Origin: Pristiophorus japonicus
Taxonomy: Eukaryota
Assembly: GCF_044704955.1 (NCBI RefSeq)
Contig: NC_091980.1
Coordinates: 287,060,001 to 287,124,000, forward strand
Direction of reading: 5' to 3'
Length of the DNA stretch: 64,000 nucleotides
The translations under genes and the position numbers were made by a program. Under the pieces are notes generated by a model. It searched no databases and was not told the DNA's origin. It saw only the letters and a list, made by a program, of their open reading frames with translations. How positions within the stretch are numbered: the stretch's first letter is position 1; the number at the start of each line of letters is the position of its first letter. Of this stretch, positions 49,110-62,804 are shown piece after piece.

Positions 49110-50287
49110 CACCATTTCAATGGTTGTTTTTCAGACAGGAGGGAGGTATACAGTGGTGTTCCCCAGCGGTCGGTACTAGGACCACTGCTTTTCTTGATAC
49201 ATATTAATGATTTGGACTTAGGTGCACGGGGCACTATTTCAAAATTTGCAGACGACACAAAACTTGGAAGTATAGTGAACAGTGAGAAGGATAGGGATAG
49301 ACTTCAAGCGGACATAAGCAGGCTGGTGGAATGGGCAGACACATGACAGATGATGTTTAACGCAGAAAAGTGCAAATTGATACATTTTGGTAGGAAAAAT
49401 GAGGAGAGGCAATATAAACCAAAGGATACAACTCTAAAGGGGATACAGGTACAGAAAGACCTGGGGATATATGTGCAGGACAGGTTGAAAAAGAGGTTAA
49501 AAAGCAAGCAGGATCCTGGGCTTTATAAATAGAGGCGGGGGAGAAATTCACTATTGCCCCGTTTAGCGCACTAACCTTTGAAAGTTTGAAAAGTTAGCGC
49601 CAGGCACTAACGATTTCAAACTTTTAAAAATTCACCGTTTGATCTCCAAGAAGGATGTGGAATGCTAAATCAAGCGCTCCAATTCCATCTTGGAGTGCTA
49701 TCGTCAGCAGGTGGGGTGCAGACTTCAGCAGTGCTGCCATCTGGGCCATACGCTGCCGCACTGAAAGGCTCCTTGCCTCCCTTAAAGGGAAAGGCCATCA
49801 TTGCAGGGTCTGCAAAATGAAAAATACCTACCTAGGCCACGACGGCAGCCGCAATCCCGCGCGATTAGTTCGGGCAGCACTCGGCGAAAAAAACTGGAAG
49901 GAAAAAGTTACTTTTTTTTTTACTTATCTCGGCCACCTCACCTTTAAACATCGTCCCCAAGGCGGCCGGAAGCTCGAAGCATGCCTCCTGCAGCTGTCAG
50001 TGTTTTTGCCCGGCGATGGTGCGGGGGGGCAGGGGGAGAGTCAATTTCGGGTCTGGGGTGCTACCGGGGCGATGCAAACGATGAAGATGTCGGGCACCTA
50101 TTATCATCATCAAGCACTTCCACGTCAAGTGCAGATTAATAGACTTTTGGACTCTAAGGGAATCAAGAGATATGGGGATCGGACGGGAAAGTGAAGTTGA
50201 GATTGAAGATCAACCATTATCTTATTGAATGGAGGAGCTCGATGGGCTGTATGGCTTACTCCTGCTCTTACTTCTTATGTTCTTACG
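49110..50287 (+). mobile_element. CR1 fragments (49110-49536 and ~50125-50287) around a MITE
   Basis: SGVPQRSVLGPLLF and SKFADDT; 3' tail at ~50280. Confidence 0.8.
49537..50120. mobile_element. Truncated Harbinger-type MITE
   Basis: Begins GGGGGAGAAATTC; layout resembles 45113 and 31874; right end not found. Confidence 0.55.
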
Positions 50288-50574
50288 TACAGAATGGTTA
50301 ACTGCAAAATAAAATTCTCTCTAATCTGCCCCATGCCTCAGTCTCAAAGCGCCAGATCTCAGTTGAGATCAACTTCAACATTATAGCAGTTTTCAATTTC
50401 CCATACCAGTGTGAATGTGATTGCAAATTTAGTGCGAACCCATGACTACTGGAAACTACATTGAGAATGGCCAAAATAACCTGTGCATTCAACAGTCACA
50501 GGAAACTTTCATCCCATCAGTCCAGGCTGGATTTGAACCAGATCCTCGAGATGAGAAGTTAGGCCCCAAATTTC

Positions 50575-51033
50575 CCTTGTGCTCGCTGACCTGCATTGGC
50601 TCCCAGTTAAGCAACGCCTCAACTTCAAAATTCTCATCCTTGTTTTCAAATCCCTCCATGGCCTCGCCCCTCCCTTTCTCTGTAATCTTCTCCAGCCCCC
50701 AAAAATCCCCGCGATGTCTTTGCTCCTCTAATTCTGTCCTCTTGAGTATCCCCGATTATAATCGCTCAACCATTGGTGGCCGTGTCTTCTGTTGCCTCGG
50801 CCCTAAGCTGTGGAATTCCCTGCCTAAACCTCTTCACCTCTCTACCTCTTTTTCCTCCTTCAAGATGCTCCTTAAAACTTACCTCTCTGACCAAGCTTTT
50901 GGCCACCTGCTCCAATTTCTCATTATGTGGCTTTGTGTCAAATTTTTTTTTTAATCTCATAATATTCCTGTGAAGCCCTTTGAGACATTTCACGATGTTA
51001 AAGGTGCTATATAACTACAAGTTGTTGTTGTTG
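50575..51033 (+). mobile_element. L2 LINE 3' fragment
   Basis: Homologous to 35285-35730; GPKLWNSLP..FKMLLKTYL; TTG repeat tail. Confidence 0.9.
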
Positions 51034-52947
51034 TCATGGTCCCAAAGAGGCTCTTGACATCAGAGGTGATGGGGGTGAGGGAGAGTGAATTCCCACACCT
51101 GGAATTTCTTCAGCTTTGTCCTCTCTAACAATGATTGACCTGGATACCATGACGAACTTGGCCTACAGGTCATTGGAGCGGAAGAAGTGGGGCCCACTTG
51201 GGGGTCGAGGCCTGGGACCTAGCCCGATCTCCATTCAGAAACCTGGCAGAAGGAGAAATACGTAGTAGGCCGGCTGGGCAGTGACCACCCACTTTTCCCC
51301 GGCATGCTAGCTAGTGGCTGGTCAATGCCACTTTTCCTGTCCACTTTTCCTCTGACGGGCGCCTAAGATGCTCCCATAGTGACGTGGGTGCCTACCCGAC
51401 ATATGAATAAGGCCCTGTCTAGTCTCTGAATATCCCAACAAAGTCAAGAGCAGGGGTTATCTGCACTTACACTGCCACACTTCTAGAGATGTAGTGGGCT
51501 GATGTCTTTCAGCCACCTAAAGGTTAACACAGTGCACCACCGAACTGCCCTGATAGTGTTTTCAATGCATTTCTATGACTTGCGGTCTGTATCTGTTTGA
51601 ATTGTCTCTCAAAGCTCCTTATTTCCCCCACATGCCACTCTTTGTCGGCCCTCATTTTCATCTCTCTTTTCCCGAGTCTCTGTGCCTCTCGTTGTCCTGG
51701 TCCAGACCCTGTGTCATTCTATAATAGGCTCTGCACTTGTCTCAACCCTAGTCTGTGAAGTGCCCTCTATATTTCTCAATGTCCTGATATCCGTGCCTAT
51801 CTCTGTCCTTCGTGTCTGTATCATTCTGTATTGATCTTTCTTTTCACTGCCAGTCCTTTCAATTCTTTTTCTACTTCACTCCCAATACCAGTATCTTTAT
51901 AGCTCTGTCCTTAGTCTTGTTTTCTCTGTGCTTTGCTCCTCATGCCCCTCAGCCTGGTTTGTTCCTGCATGAATTGTCTTCTGTTCTGTCAAATGTGTCT
52001 CTTTCTGCTTTACCGTATCAACCGGTTTTCATATTTTTGTCAATCTCAACCCATTCCACAAAACTCACACTGAAGCAATAGCAGATTGCGAGACTCAAAC
52101 TGAAGCAATACGTTACCTAGCTGAAGCAAAATGATCGCACAAGACTCAGACCATGTGACTCAATCTGAAGTGACAAGGCGATAGAGTTATCCTTCTGCAG
52201 AAGTGCTCACTGCAAAATGCTTCTTTGGACCTTAAATGTACTTTGTCCATTATTACTCCGAAGTTGAATTGTGGGTGGTGCATTAATCACAAGTATTAAG
52301 CATTACCACCCAAGTAGTAAATCACCAATAAAGCCAAAAATTAAGGGGTATAATAAACTAGATTAAGGCCAGTGATGATTTTAAATCAGTTTTTTGAGCA
52401 CTGAATGTGTGCAATTAAGGCTTTTTTTGAATACAGTTTAATATTACCACTTTGTAAGAGAAATACTTGGTCACAAATCTGCCATATAACTTCTGTTGCA
52501 TATCAAACTGCTGGGATTTATAGAACAATTGGAATTCATTAACAATGAGTATGATACAGTTTCTGCTTAGCTCTAGAAAAATGATAGGAAAATGTAATTT
52601 AGACGGCAAAATTACAACTCTTCTGAATATAGGGCCCATTATGTAGTATACTTAAGACAGACTATAACAAATATTGAATAGATAAAACTTGCACTCTCTC
52701 TAGCCATCTTAATGAATTACCTGGTCCAAGACAAGACACCTTTTTTGTGCATAGATTAAGGAAATGAGGCCAAAGGCATAGTTCATTTGCCAGAACTTTC
52801 TAGAAAATGATTTTGCAAGACACAGGGCTACTTTGTAGTATTGTATCCGCATTGTTAGGAATGTAATTATTTTTTATTTTTATTTTATAAATGGATCTCC
52901 TGTAGCATGGTATAGCTGGATAATACAACAGGAGCTTTTTATCATGT

Positions 52948-53220
52948 ACATAAGAACATAAGAATTAGGAACAGGAGTAGGCCATCTAGCCCCTCGAGCC
53001 TGCTCCACCATTCAATAAGATCATGGCTGATCTGGCCGTGGACTCAGCTCCACTTACCCGCCCGCTCCCCGTAACCCTTAATTCCCTTATTGGTTAAAAA
53101 TCTATCTATCTGTGACTTGAATACATTCAATGAGCTAGTCTCAACTGCTTCCTTGGGCAGAGAATTCCACAGATTCACAACCCTCTGGGAGAAGAAATTC
53201 CTTCTCAACTCGGTTTTAAT
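52948..53220 (-). mobile_element. CR1 3' end, same young subfamily as the 1918 and 9001 copies
   Basis: Near-identical by eye to 1918-2190. Confidence 0.92.
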
Positions 53221-53557
53221 GTGGAGCTGTGCTTAAAAGAGGCTGAATGATGAGGTCAATTAGAGGGTAATTGCCTTTGGCGAGGGAATTTTTAGATGGG
53301 CTGCTGTGTGTAAATTTTTGGCTCCAAGTCAGGAGAAACCAGCATGAAATGGCACCCTTATTTTCCCTCTTTTGACACTTTCAAATGTGATGCTCGAAGT
53401 GTGACAGACATATTAAGCGCATGCCTTTTGTATTTGATGTTGAAACAGCAATCGAGGGGAGGAAGTCCGCTTCTGCCCTTGCAAGCCTGTAATTTTCCAC
53501 CCAGTCACTTCAATACAGGATTTCAACCTCCCCCCGCCCCCCCCCCTCGGGTTTCTG

Positions 53558-54800
53558 TGTGAACTGCGTCAGTGGGTAGCACCCTCGCCTCTGAGTGAGA
53601 AGCTTGTGGGTTTAAGCCCCACTCTTGGGGCTTGAGCACAAACAAATCTAGGCTGCCACTCCAGTGCAGTGCTGAGGGAGTGCAGCACTGTCTTTCGGAC
53701 GAAATGTTAAACCGAGGTCCCATCTTCTCTCTCAAGTGAACGTAAAAGATCCCATGGCATTATTTCGAAGAAGAGCAGGGGAATTATCCCCAGTGTCCTG
53801 GCCAATATTTATCCCTCAATCAACATAACAAAAAAAAACAGATTATCTGGTCATTATCACATTGCTGTTTGTGGGAGCTTCCTTGTGTGCAAATTGGCTG
53901 CCGCATTACAGCCTACATTACAGCAGTAACTCGACCCCAGAAGTGCTTCATTGGCTGTAAAGTGCTTTGAGACATCCAGGGCCCCAAATACTCCTTCCAG
54001 GTGAAACAGCAAATTAGTTGTACTTCTTTCAATTTAGTATACTGTATTCGCTGCTCACCTTGTGGTTTCCTCTACATTGGGGAGACCAAACGTAGATTGG
54101 GTGACCGCTTTGCGGAGCACCTTCATTCAGTCCGCAAGTGTGACTCGGAGCTTCCGGTCGCCTGTCACTTTAATTCTCCACTGCATTCCCTGTCCTTGAT
54201 CTCCTGCACTGTTCCAACAAAACTCAATGCAAGCTCGAGGAACAGCACCTCATCTTTCGTTTAGGCACTTTACAGTCTTCTGGACTAAACATCAAGTTCA
54301 AAAATTTCAGAGTGTAATCGCTGCCAATCCTTGGCTCCCTTTCCCTACGCCACCCCCCTCAGAGCTGTTTCTTTCTTTCTTTTTTCTCCTTGTCTCTAAT
54401 GGCACTTGGTCGTTATCCCACCATTCACACCCTATCTTGACTAATGTTTTTCTAACTCCTGGCATTACCATTTGAATTTGGCCCATCATCCCTTTTGTCT
54501 CGCTAATCTCTCCTGTCTTTCAACCTATCACAGACCTTCCCTTTTGTCTTTCTTCCCCTCCCCCTTTCAGTGCTTGCTAAGAATCTTTCTGAACACTCTC
54601 CAGTTCTGACAAAGGGTCATCGACCCGAATCGTTAACTCTGCTTCCTCGCCACAGATGCTGCCTGACCTGCTGAGATTTCCAGCATTTTCTGTTTTTATT
54701 CCAGATTCCAGCATCCACAGTATTTTGCTTTTGTGTTGAGACATCTGGTGGTTGTGAAAGGCGCTATATAAATCCAAGTCTTTTCTTTCTTTTCTTTCTT
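53558..54800 (+). mobile_element. DeuSINE split by a Penelope insertion
   Basis: 53558-53976 plus 54736-54800; TSD TTGAGACATC. Confidence 0.85.
53977..54735 (+). mobile_element. Penelope-like element 3' fragment (GIY-YIG + terminal region)
   Basis: CTSFNLVYCIRCSPCGFLYIGETKRRLGDRFAEH; 10-bp TSD; degenerate hammerhead at ~54602-54638. Confidence 0.9.
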
Positions 54801-55059
54801 CTGATACCACGGATACGGAAGTAATGAAAAATGTAAAATTTAACACATCTCCAATATTTTAATCACTGCATGGCAATGATAAGGTAAGTGGTTAACTTCA
54901 GTACAGATTAACTTTGCAGAAAAACTAAATACCGTTTGAAGTTTGGAGGAGACGGGGGCACATGACTCATGATCGAACTCAAAAAGTAGTACAGCTCAAA
55001 GCTGCCATACTAATCCCACCAAACTATCTTTCCTTTTGATGAATATATATTTTTTTTTG

Positions 55060-55485
55060 TTCTTAGAATGTGAGCGGCTGTGGCAAGTTCAAATTTATTA
55101 CCCATCATTAGTTGCCCTGAGAAGCTGATTGTGGGCCTTCTCATTGAACCGCTGCAGTCCTTGTGGAGGTAGTTCTCCCACAACAGCGATATATGTCCAA
55201 GTCAGGATGGTGTGACTTGGAGGGGAACTTGGGGTTAATGGCTTTCCTATGAGATTGCCGCTTAGTCCCTCTTGGTTGCCAAAGTTATGAAGAAGGAGGT
55301 GCTGTTGAAGTAACCTTATTGAGTTGCTACAGAGCTCCCTGTACATAGTACCTACTGCTGTCACAGTGCGCCACTGATGGAGAGGGTCGATATCGAGTCC
55401 AGTAGTAAGGGCGCTGATGAAGCGAACTGCCCTGTTCTGGATGGTGTTGAGTTTCTTGAGTGTTGTTGTGGCTGTACCCAGTTGG
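55060..55485 (-). mobile_element. Old 3' fragment of the 38-41 kb LINE family (resumes 57443-57570)
   Basis: Aligns to 38350-38930. Confidence 0.7.
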
Positions 55486-55834
55486 ACTGGGTGACAATCT
55501 CAATCTCAGGGCCTTTTTGATCATCGATTAACCTCAGAAGGGTAAGGAACCTCCCGCGGTCTGTTACTAAAGATCTTTAATTAGCTGAGAGCCAGTTGCT
55601 GCCTTCATGCAGACACTGAGATTTTCACCCAGCCTTAATATTCAATGAGATGGATTAGAGCAGAGAGATAACAGATAATGTGAATATAAAGGGCGATTAT
55701 CTGCCGGGTCAGCCTGACTGTTCCCAGGGCTGCCTGAAATGAGACATTGAAAATCAGAGTTCGCTGGGGCAAGAAGTGAATGAAACTGTCACAAATACAA
55801 TGAACTGTGGAGTTCCAGAACACTATCACCACAA

Positions 55835-57442
55835 GGACTGTGGTGGTTTGCCATCAGGAGACCATGTGATGATCCGGGACTGGCGTACAGGACCATCTGC
55901 AGGCCGGGGCCATTAGAGGGAGCAGCGTGCGGCAGAATGCCGCTGCAAGGAGCAGCATGTGCTGCTGCAGGAGGGTGACGACTGATTGCAATGTGGGCAG
56001 GTACAGCAGGAGCTGTGAGGTTGGGGCGAAGGAGTGGCAAGAGTCCGTCGAGGGATGTGCTCGGGGCCCAGGAGAGGCGAGGGCCCAGGGGCAGCAAGGG
56101 CCAGCCCACACTGCGATATAGAAACATAGACATAGAAAATAGGTGCAGGAGTAGGCCATTCGGCCCTTCGAGCCTGCACCGCCATTCAATGAGTTCATGG
56201 CTGAACATGCAACTTCAGTACCCCATTCCTGATTTCTCGCCATACCCCTTGATCCCCCTAGTAGTAAGGACTACATCTAACTCCTTTTTGAATATATTTA
56301 GTGAATTGGCCTCAACAACTTTCTGTGGTAGAGAATTCCACAGGTTCACCACTCTCTGGGTGAAGAAGTTTCTCCTCATCTCGGTCCTAAATGGCTTACC
56401 CCTTATCCTTAGACTGTGACCCCTGGTTCTGGACTTCCCCAACATTGGGAACATTCTTCCTGCATCTAACCTGTCGAAACCCGTCAGAATTTTAAATGTT
56501 TCTATGAGGTCCCCTCTCATTCTTCTGAACTCCAGTGAATACAAGCCCAGTTGATCCAGTCTTTCTTGATATGTCAGTCCCGCCATCCTGGGAATCTGTC
56601 TGGTGAACCTTCGCTACACTCCCTCAATAGCAAGAATGTCCTTCCTCAACTTAGGAGACCAAAGCTGTACACAATACTCCAGGTGTGGCCTCACCAAGGC
56701 CCTGTACAACTGTAGTAACACGTCCCTGTCCATGTACTCAAATCCCCTTGCTATGAAGGCCAACATGCCATTTGCTTTCTTAACCGCCTGCTGTACCTGC
56801 ATGCCAACCTTCAATGACTGATGTACCATAACACCCAGGTCTCGTTGCACCTCCCTTTTTCCTAATCTGTCACCATTCAGATAATAGTCTGTCTCTCTGT
56901 TTTTACCACCAAAGTGGATAACCTCACACTTATCCACATTATACTTCATCTGCCATGCATTTGCCCACTCACCTAACCTATCCAAGTCACTCTGCAGTCT
57001 CATAGCATCCTCCTCGCAGCTCACACTGCCACCCAACTTAGTGTCATCCGCAAATTTGGAGATACTACATTTAATCCCCTCTTCTAAATCATTAATGTAC
57101 AATGTAAACAGCTGGGGCCCCAGCACAGAACCTTGTGGTACCCCATTAGTCACTGCCTGCCATATGTGTGCGCACTAGGTCCATGCAGCAGAGCTGGTCT
57201 CCAGTCGTCTTAGTTAATCCTTGCCACTGGACCAAGACCTAGCTCTGTCAAGCCCGTGTGGTGGCTGGTGTGCAACGGCCACCACACGTTTAAAAAAATC
57301 CACGCACAGGCATCTTCCACCCTTCAAGATGTAATTCAGGACCTGGAATATTAGGTTCTTCATTGAAACACCTGTGAACTCATCCATTTTTTGCGTGGAA
57401 GCAAGTCATCCTCATTTCGAGGGACTGCCTATGATGATGGTG
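55835..57442 (+). mobile_element. Bipartite non-autonomous RTE element, split by CR1
   Basis: 5'UTR-like body, then M*FRTWNIR (APE N-terminal TWN motif) fused to the 3' end GCAAGTCATCCTC..GAGGGACTGCCT plus ATG repeats. Confidence 0.65.
56119..57161 (-). mobile_element. CR1 LINE, 5'-truncated
   Basis: Near-identical inverted counterpart of 43395-44433; ATAT at both junctions. Confidence 0.95.
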
Positions 57443-57654
57443 ACCCAGTTGGGTGAGTGATGAGTATTCCACTGCACCCCTGACTTAAGTTTGTCAGTGG
57501 TCGAGAAGCTTTGAGGCATCAGGAGGTGAGCCGCTCATTGCAGAGTAACCAGCTTTTGCCCTGCTCTGGGGTCTCCTCTTGATGATCATACAGCCTCCCT
57601 CTGCTTCATCTTTGATATCCTCCGCTGTGCCCACTGTAGCACCTGTCACTGCCT

Positions 57655-57750
57655 TTACCACATAACAACAGTTCTACACTCCAAAAGTATTTAATTGCTG
57701 TAAAGCGGTGGTCATGAAAGGCGCTATATAAATGCAAGTCTTCTTTCTTT
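57655..57750 (+). mobile_element. DeuSINE tail fragment
   Basis: GAAAGGCGCTATATAAATGCAAGTCTTCTTTC. Confidence 0.65.
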
Positions 57751-57759
57751 ACCAGAAGA

Positions 57760-58280
57760 GCAAGCTCAATTGGCTTATTCCGTGCTCTCAACAACCATGC
57801 CACCCCACTCATTGCCCTGTATTAAGCTTGATAACCTCCTGCCCATCCATTTCTCACCTTCAACTGCCACCCTCACAAGCCCCACTGGCAGATCATTCAC
57901 CAGCTTTGTCACCCTCCAGAACACTTGCTGCCTCACAAACAAGGCATTCACCATCTATGACCTCCATGTGGATGAAACAATTGAATTCCTAAACCGGTCC
58001 TGCAGGAGGGTTGTTCCTTCCTTGCCCACACTGAAGACTTCTACCTGGCTACACATTCCAAGCATACGTCCTGCCTGAATCGCTGCAGCAGGCTCATTGC
58101 CTTTTATCGCCCAGTCCCACCTCGGGCTATCCCGCAACTCCTCGGTACCTTTACATCGTCTGAACACCTCACTCTCCTCCACCCTTTACCTTCACTTGAC
58201 ACAAATTCCAAATGATTCAAAAATCCCATTGCCTGCACCCTGCCCCACACTACCCTCCGCTCGCCCCATCACACCCTAAT
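57760..58280 (+). mobile_element. Old L2 fragment (ORF2 N-terminus)
   Basis: LQNTCCLTNKAFTIYDLHVD resembles the start of an L2 APE domain; pyrimidine-rich L2 composition. Confidence 0.45.
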
Positions 58281-58481
58281 TTGTCTCACTGATAAGCTGG
58301 AATTTTCCCAATCCTGAGAGTGTAGGTTTGGGGACATGTCAATAGTAAAAATCGCGGAAATTGCCAGCGTGTCGGGAATCCGCTGTCATCCCGCCAACTT
58401 CCACATTTAACTTGGGCGCATTTCACAGTGCGCCATGGACCCGCTCGGGAAGGCGGGCATTGAAGAACATTGAAGTACACA

Positions 58482-58942
58482 GTGTCAGCTGTTTTTCAGT
58501 GGGTAGCACTCTCGACTCTGGGTCAGAAGGATGTGAGTTCAAGTCCCACTCCAGGGATTTCAGCACGATAAAATCTCGGCTTTCACTCCAGTGCGGTGCT
58601 GAGGGAGTGTTGCACTGTCGGAGGTGATGTCTTTCAGATGAGACATTAAACCGAGGCTCTGTCTGCTCTCTCAAGTGGATGTAAAATATCCCATGACACT
58701 ATTTCAAAGAAGAGCAGGGGAGTTATCCCTGATGTATCTCTCCAGAAACATAACAAAAAAACAGATTATCTAGTCATTATCACATTTCTGTTCATGGGAC
58801 CTTGCTTGTGCGCAAATTGGTTACCACGGTTCCCACATTACAACAGTGACTACACTCCAAAAGTACTTCATTGTCTGTAAAGCACTTTGAGACATCCAGT
58901 GGTCGTGAAAGACGCTATAAAAATCCAAGTCTTTCTTTCTTT
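58482..58942 (+). mobile_element. DeuSINE, full length
   Basis: GTGTCAGCTG head, GAGTTCAAGTCCC B-box, Deu domain, TCTT repeat tail. Confidence 0.88.
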
Positions 58943-59304
58943 TACTTAAATGCTTGTTGACAGACCCTTAAGAGGCTTTTTAACAGCAGCTTTTGGCTTT
59001 AACTTCTGGAGCATGGGATTCATGCATCTCATAAACCTCGCCTGTGAAGGGGAGGTGGAAGCTCAGTGGTCATTGTACAAGTCCATTAAGTGCCAGCTGG
59101 GAAAAATGCATAAATACTCCCACATTACACCTTCTTCCTTGTCTAATGGAAAGGCTCTTGCTGATTCCAGTCTGTGCAGAGATTTAGCTGTCAGTAGTTT
59201 GCAGGTCATTTCTGCAAACTCGGAACCCATTCTCACCATATTGCTAGTCGTTATCATATTGAGAGATCGGGCCTCTGATTTCCACTTTACCTGCCTTCTA
59301 TTAG

Positions 59305-60030
59305 ATCAGCACACCCACAGATGCATCACTCAGGTGATCAATGCCATGTTTTACAAGTCAGCCAGTTATGTAAACTTCGCCACTGATGAAGCCAGTATTA
59401 CTGGGTGGGCGTTCGGCTTTGCATCTCTGGCTGGCTTCCCAGAGGTGCAGTGCGTCATTGACTGGACACATGTGGCCATCATGGCACCTCCACATCATCC
59501 AGGAGTGCTTGTGAACTGCAAGGGCCTCCACTCCCTCAATGTGCAGCTCGTCTGCAGCCACAAAACGACCATCATGCAGGTGTGCGCCAGATACCCTGCC
59601 AGCTGTCATGACTCTTATGTGCTGCGCCAGTCCACCCTCCCTCAGTTCTTCGCACCTCCAAACAGACTCACTTGCTCTGCTTGGAGACAGGGGCTATCCA
59701 CTGAAAATGTGGCCCATGACACCCTTGAGGAGACCAAGTACTGAGGCCGAGGAGCTTTATAATGATGCCACATGTCCACCAGATGTGTCCTGGAGCAAGC
59801 AATTGGCATGTTGAAGATGTACTTGACAGATCTCGAGGAGCCCTTCAGTACGCACTAGCCAGGGTCTCCAGAATCATCGTCTTTTGCTGTGCACAATATA
59901 GTGCAGCAACGAGGATTGGAGCTACAGGAAGAGTAAGGTGAAGAGTGACGAGGTGAGGACCTGGGTGGAGATGGCACCAGCAGTAGTGCACATTGCTGCC
60001 CTGGAGGCCTGGGATGGCCTCATAATGGTC
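59305..60030 (+). pseudogene. Harbinger transposase fragment (another subfamily)
   Basis: [45 protein letters not shown]; 5'-truncated and frameshifted. Confidence 0.85.
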
Positions 60031-60274
60031 AGAATAACTTAACTTACTCCAGTGCAACAATGTAACTGCCACATGCTGTTCTAGGTATCCCCCGACCCTA
60101 TCAAAAGCAGCATAAAGCAGCCCTGCAATGACCAAGCCATTCCTCCCGCCCAACCCCCCGTAGCTCGAGTTTAACTAATGTCTCACCATTCACTCCAAGT
60201 GACAAGGCCACTTCCCAGGTAACAGGCAAAAATGGACAAGACCCGAAAGTGGTGCAAAGAAATCAATTCATGTG

Positions 60275-62370
60275 CGCCACAAACAGACATTTAAGGAGAT
60301 ATTTCATAACTCGCAACAAAATTATATACCAATTAGAAGGAAAGACTGCAAGAGAAGGGATGGTATCAAATTAAAAACAAGGGCATACAATGTGGCCAAG
60401 ACTAGTGGGAGGCCAGAGGATTGGGAAACTTTTAACAGCCAGCAAAGAATGACTAAAAAAAAATAAAAAGAGGGAAGATAGATTATGACAGTAAACTAGC
60501 ACAAAATATAAAAACAGGTAGCAAGAGTTTCGACAGGTACATAGAAAAGAAAAAAGTGGCTAAAGTAAATGTTGGTCCCTTAGAAGATGAGACTGAGGAA
60601 TTAATAATGGGGAACAGGAAAATGGCAGAGACGTTGAACAAATATTTTGTATCGGTCTTCAAGATAGAGGACACTAAAAACATCCCAATAGGGGATAATC
60701 AAGGGACTATAGGGAGGGAGGAACTTAGTACAATCACCATCACTAAAGAAGTTGTACTCGATAAAATAATGGGACTAAAGGCGGACAAGTCCTCTGGACC
60801 TGATGGCTTACAACCTAGGGTCTTAAAAGAAGTGGCTGCAGAGATAGTGGAGGCATTGGTTGTGATCTATCAAAATTCCCTGGATTCTGTGGCGGTCCCA
60901 GGAGATTGGAAAACCGCAAATGTAACGCCCTATTTAAAAAGGAGACAGACACAAAGCAGGAAACTATAGACCAGTGAGCCTAACATCTGTCGTTGGGAAA
61001 ATGCTGGAGTCCATTATTAAGGAAGCAGTAGCAGGACATTTGAAAAAGCATAATTTAATCAAGCAGAGTTAGCATGGTTTTATGAAAGGGAAATCTTGTT
61101 TGACAAATTTGCGGGAGATCTTTGAAGATGTAACGAGCAGAGTGAATAAGGGGGAGCCAGTGGATGTGGTGTTTTTGGGTTTCCAGAAGGCATTCGATAA
61201 GGTACCACATAAAAGATTACTGCACAAGATAAAAGTTCACTGGGTTGGGGATAATATATTAGCACGGATAAGGAATTGGCTAACTAACAGAAAACAGAGT
61301 GTTGGGACAAATGGGTAATTTTCTGGTTGGCAAACAGTAACTAGTGGGGTGCTGCAGGGATCAGTGATGTGGCCTCAACTATTTACACTCTATATTAATG
61401 ACTTGGATGAAGGGACTGAGTGTAATGTAGCCAAGTTTGCTGATGATACAAAGATGGATGGGAAAGCAAATTTTGCGGAGGACACAAAAAATCTGCAAAG
61501 GGATATAGAAAGGCTAAGTGAGTGGGCAAAAAATTGGCAGATGGAGTATAATGTGGGAAAATGTGAGGTTATCCACTTTGGCAGAAAAAATAAAAAAAGC
61601 AAATATTAAATTTAAATGGAGAAAAATTTCAAAGTGCTGCAGTACATAGGGACCTGCGGGTCCTTGTGCATGAAACACAAAAAGTTAGTATGCAGGTGCA
61701 GCAATAATCAGGAAGGCAAATGGAATGTTGGCCTTTATTGCAAGAGGGATGGAATATAAAAGCAGAGAAGTCCTGCTACAACTGTACAGGATATTGGTGA
61801 GGCCGCACCTGGAATATTGTATAGTTTTGGTCTCCATATTTAAGGAAGGATATACTTGCATTGTTAGGCTGTTCAAAGAAGGTTCACTGGGTTGATTCCA
61901 GAGATAAGGAGGTTGACTTATGAAGATAGGTTCGAATAGATTGGGCCTATACTCATTGGAGTTCAGAAGAATGAGAGGTGATCGTATCGAAATATATCAT
62001 ATAATGAGGGGGCTCGACAAGGTGGATGCAGAGAGTATATTTCCACTCATAGGGGAAACTAAAACTAGGGGGCATTGTCTCAGAATAAGGGACTGCCCAT
62101 TTAAAACTGAGATGAGGAGGAATTTCTTCTCTCAGTGGGTTGTAAATCTATGGAATTCCCTGCCCCAGAGAGCTGTGGAGGCTAGGTCATTGAATATATT
62201 TAAGGCGAAGATAGACAGATTTTTGAGCGATAAGGGAATAAAGGGTTATGGGGAGCGGGCAGGGAAGTGGACCTGAGTCCATGATCAGATCAGCCATGAT
62301 CTTATTGAATGGCGGAGCAGGCTCGAGGTGCCAAATGGCCTACTCCTGCTCCTATTTCTTATGTTCTTAT
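60275..62370 (+). mobile_element. CR1 LINE ORF2 fragment, decayed
   Basis: LNKYFVSVF, GPDGLQPRVLKE, DKVPH, KFADDT; tail present. Confidence 0.95.
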
Positions 62371-62804
62371 GAACTGAAAGCTGTCACTAACATTTTTATG
62401 TACACATATGTGCATCTATGATTTTGTCTTTTTACTTTTCCGTGTGCTTCTACGAAGTGCAACCCCTGTGGCTTCAGCAGATGTAGAGGCAGACTGCTCA
62501 CTTCCCTACTGCGACTGCTTTGACACTTTTGACGGACGTCCCTTGGGTTTTGGAGCCTGTGAGAGCCCATCAAAAACTGCTCCTCCTACGACTGTGCAGG
62601 GGCAGACTCAGCCATCACGATCCGAGGAGGTATGTGAGGCTCTGATTGAGAGCAAAGGTAATGGGGGCTTAAGAAGAAGCCCCACTTCCATGTGCCCTCT
62701 CAACATCATCCCTCTCATGGGCCAACCACACTTCCCTACTAGCAAGGAGCTGGAGAGCTGGGGCAATGAAGGCCCAAGTCTAAGTTTATATCCCTCCTCG
62801 AGGT

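Noticed and set aside
58482-58560. tRNA gene
   Set aside because: The A/B-box-like sequence is a DeuSINE head followed by the Deu domain; the same applies to the other SINE heads.
58950-59744. 264-aa novel fusion protein
   Set aside because: Chance open frame running into a truncated Harbinger transposase fragment at ~59305.
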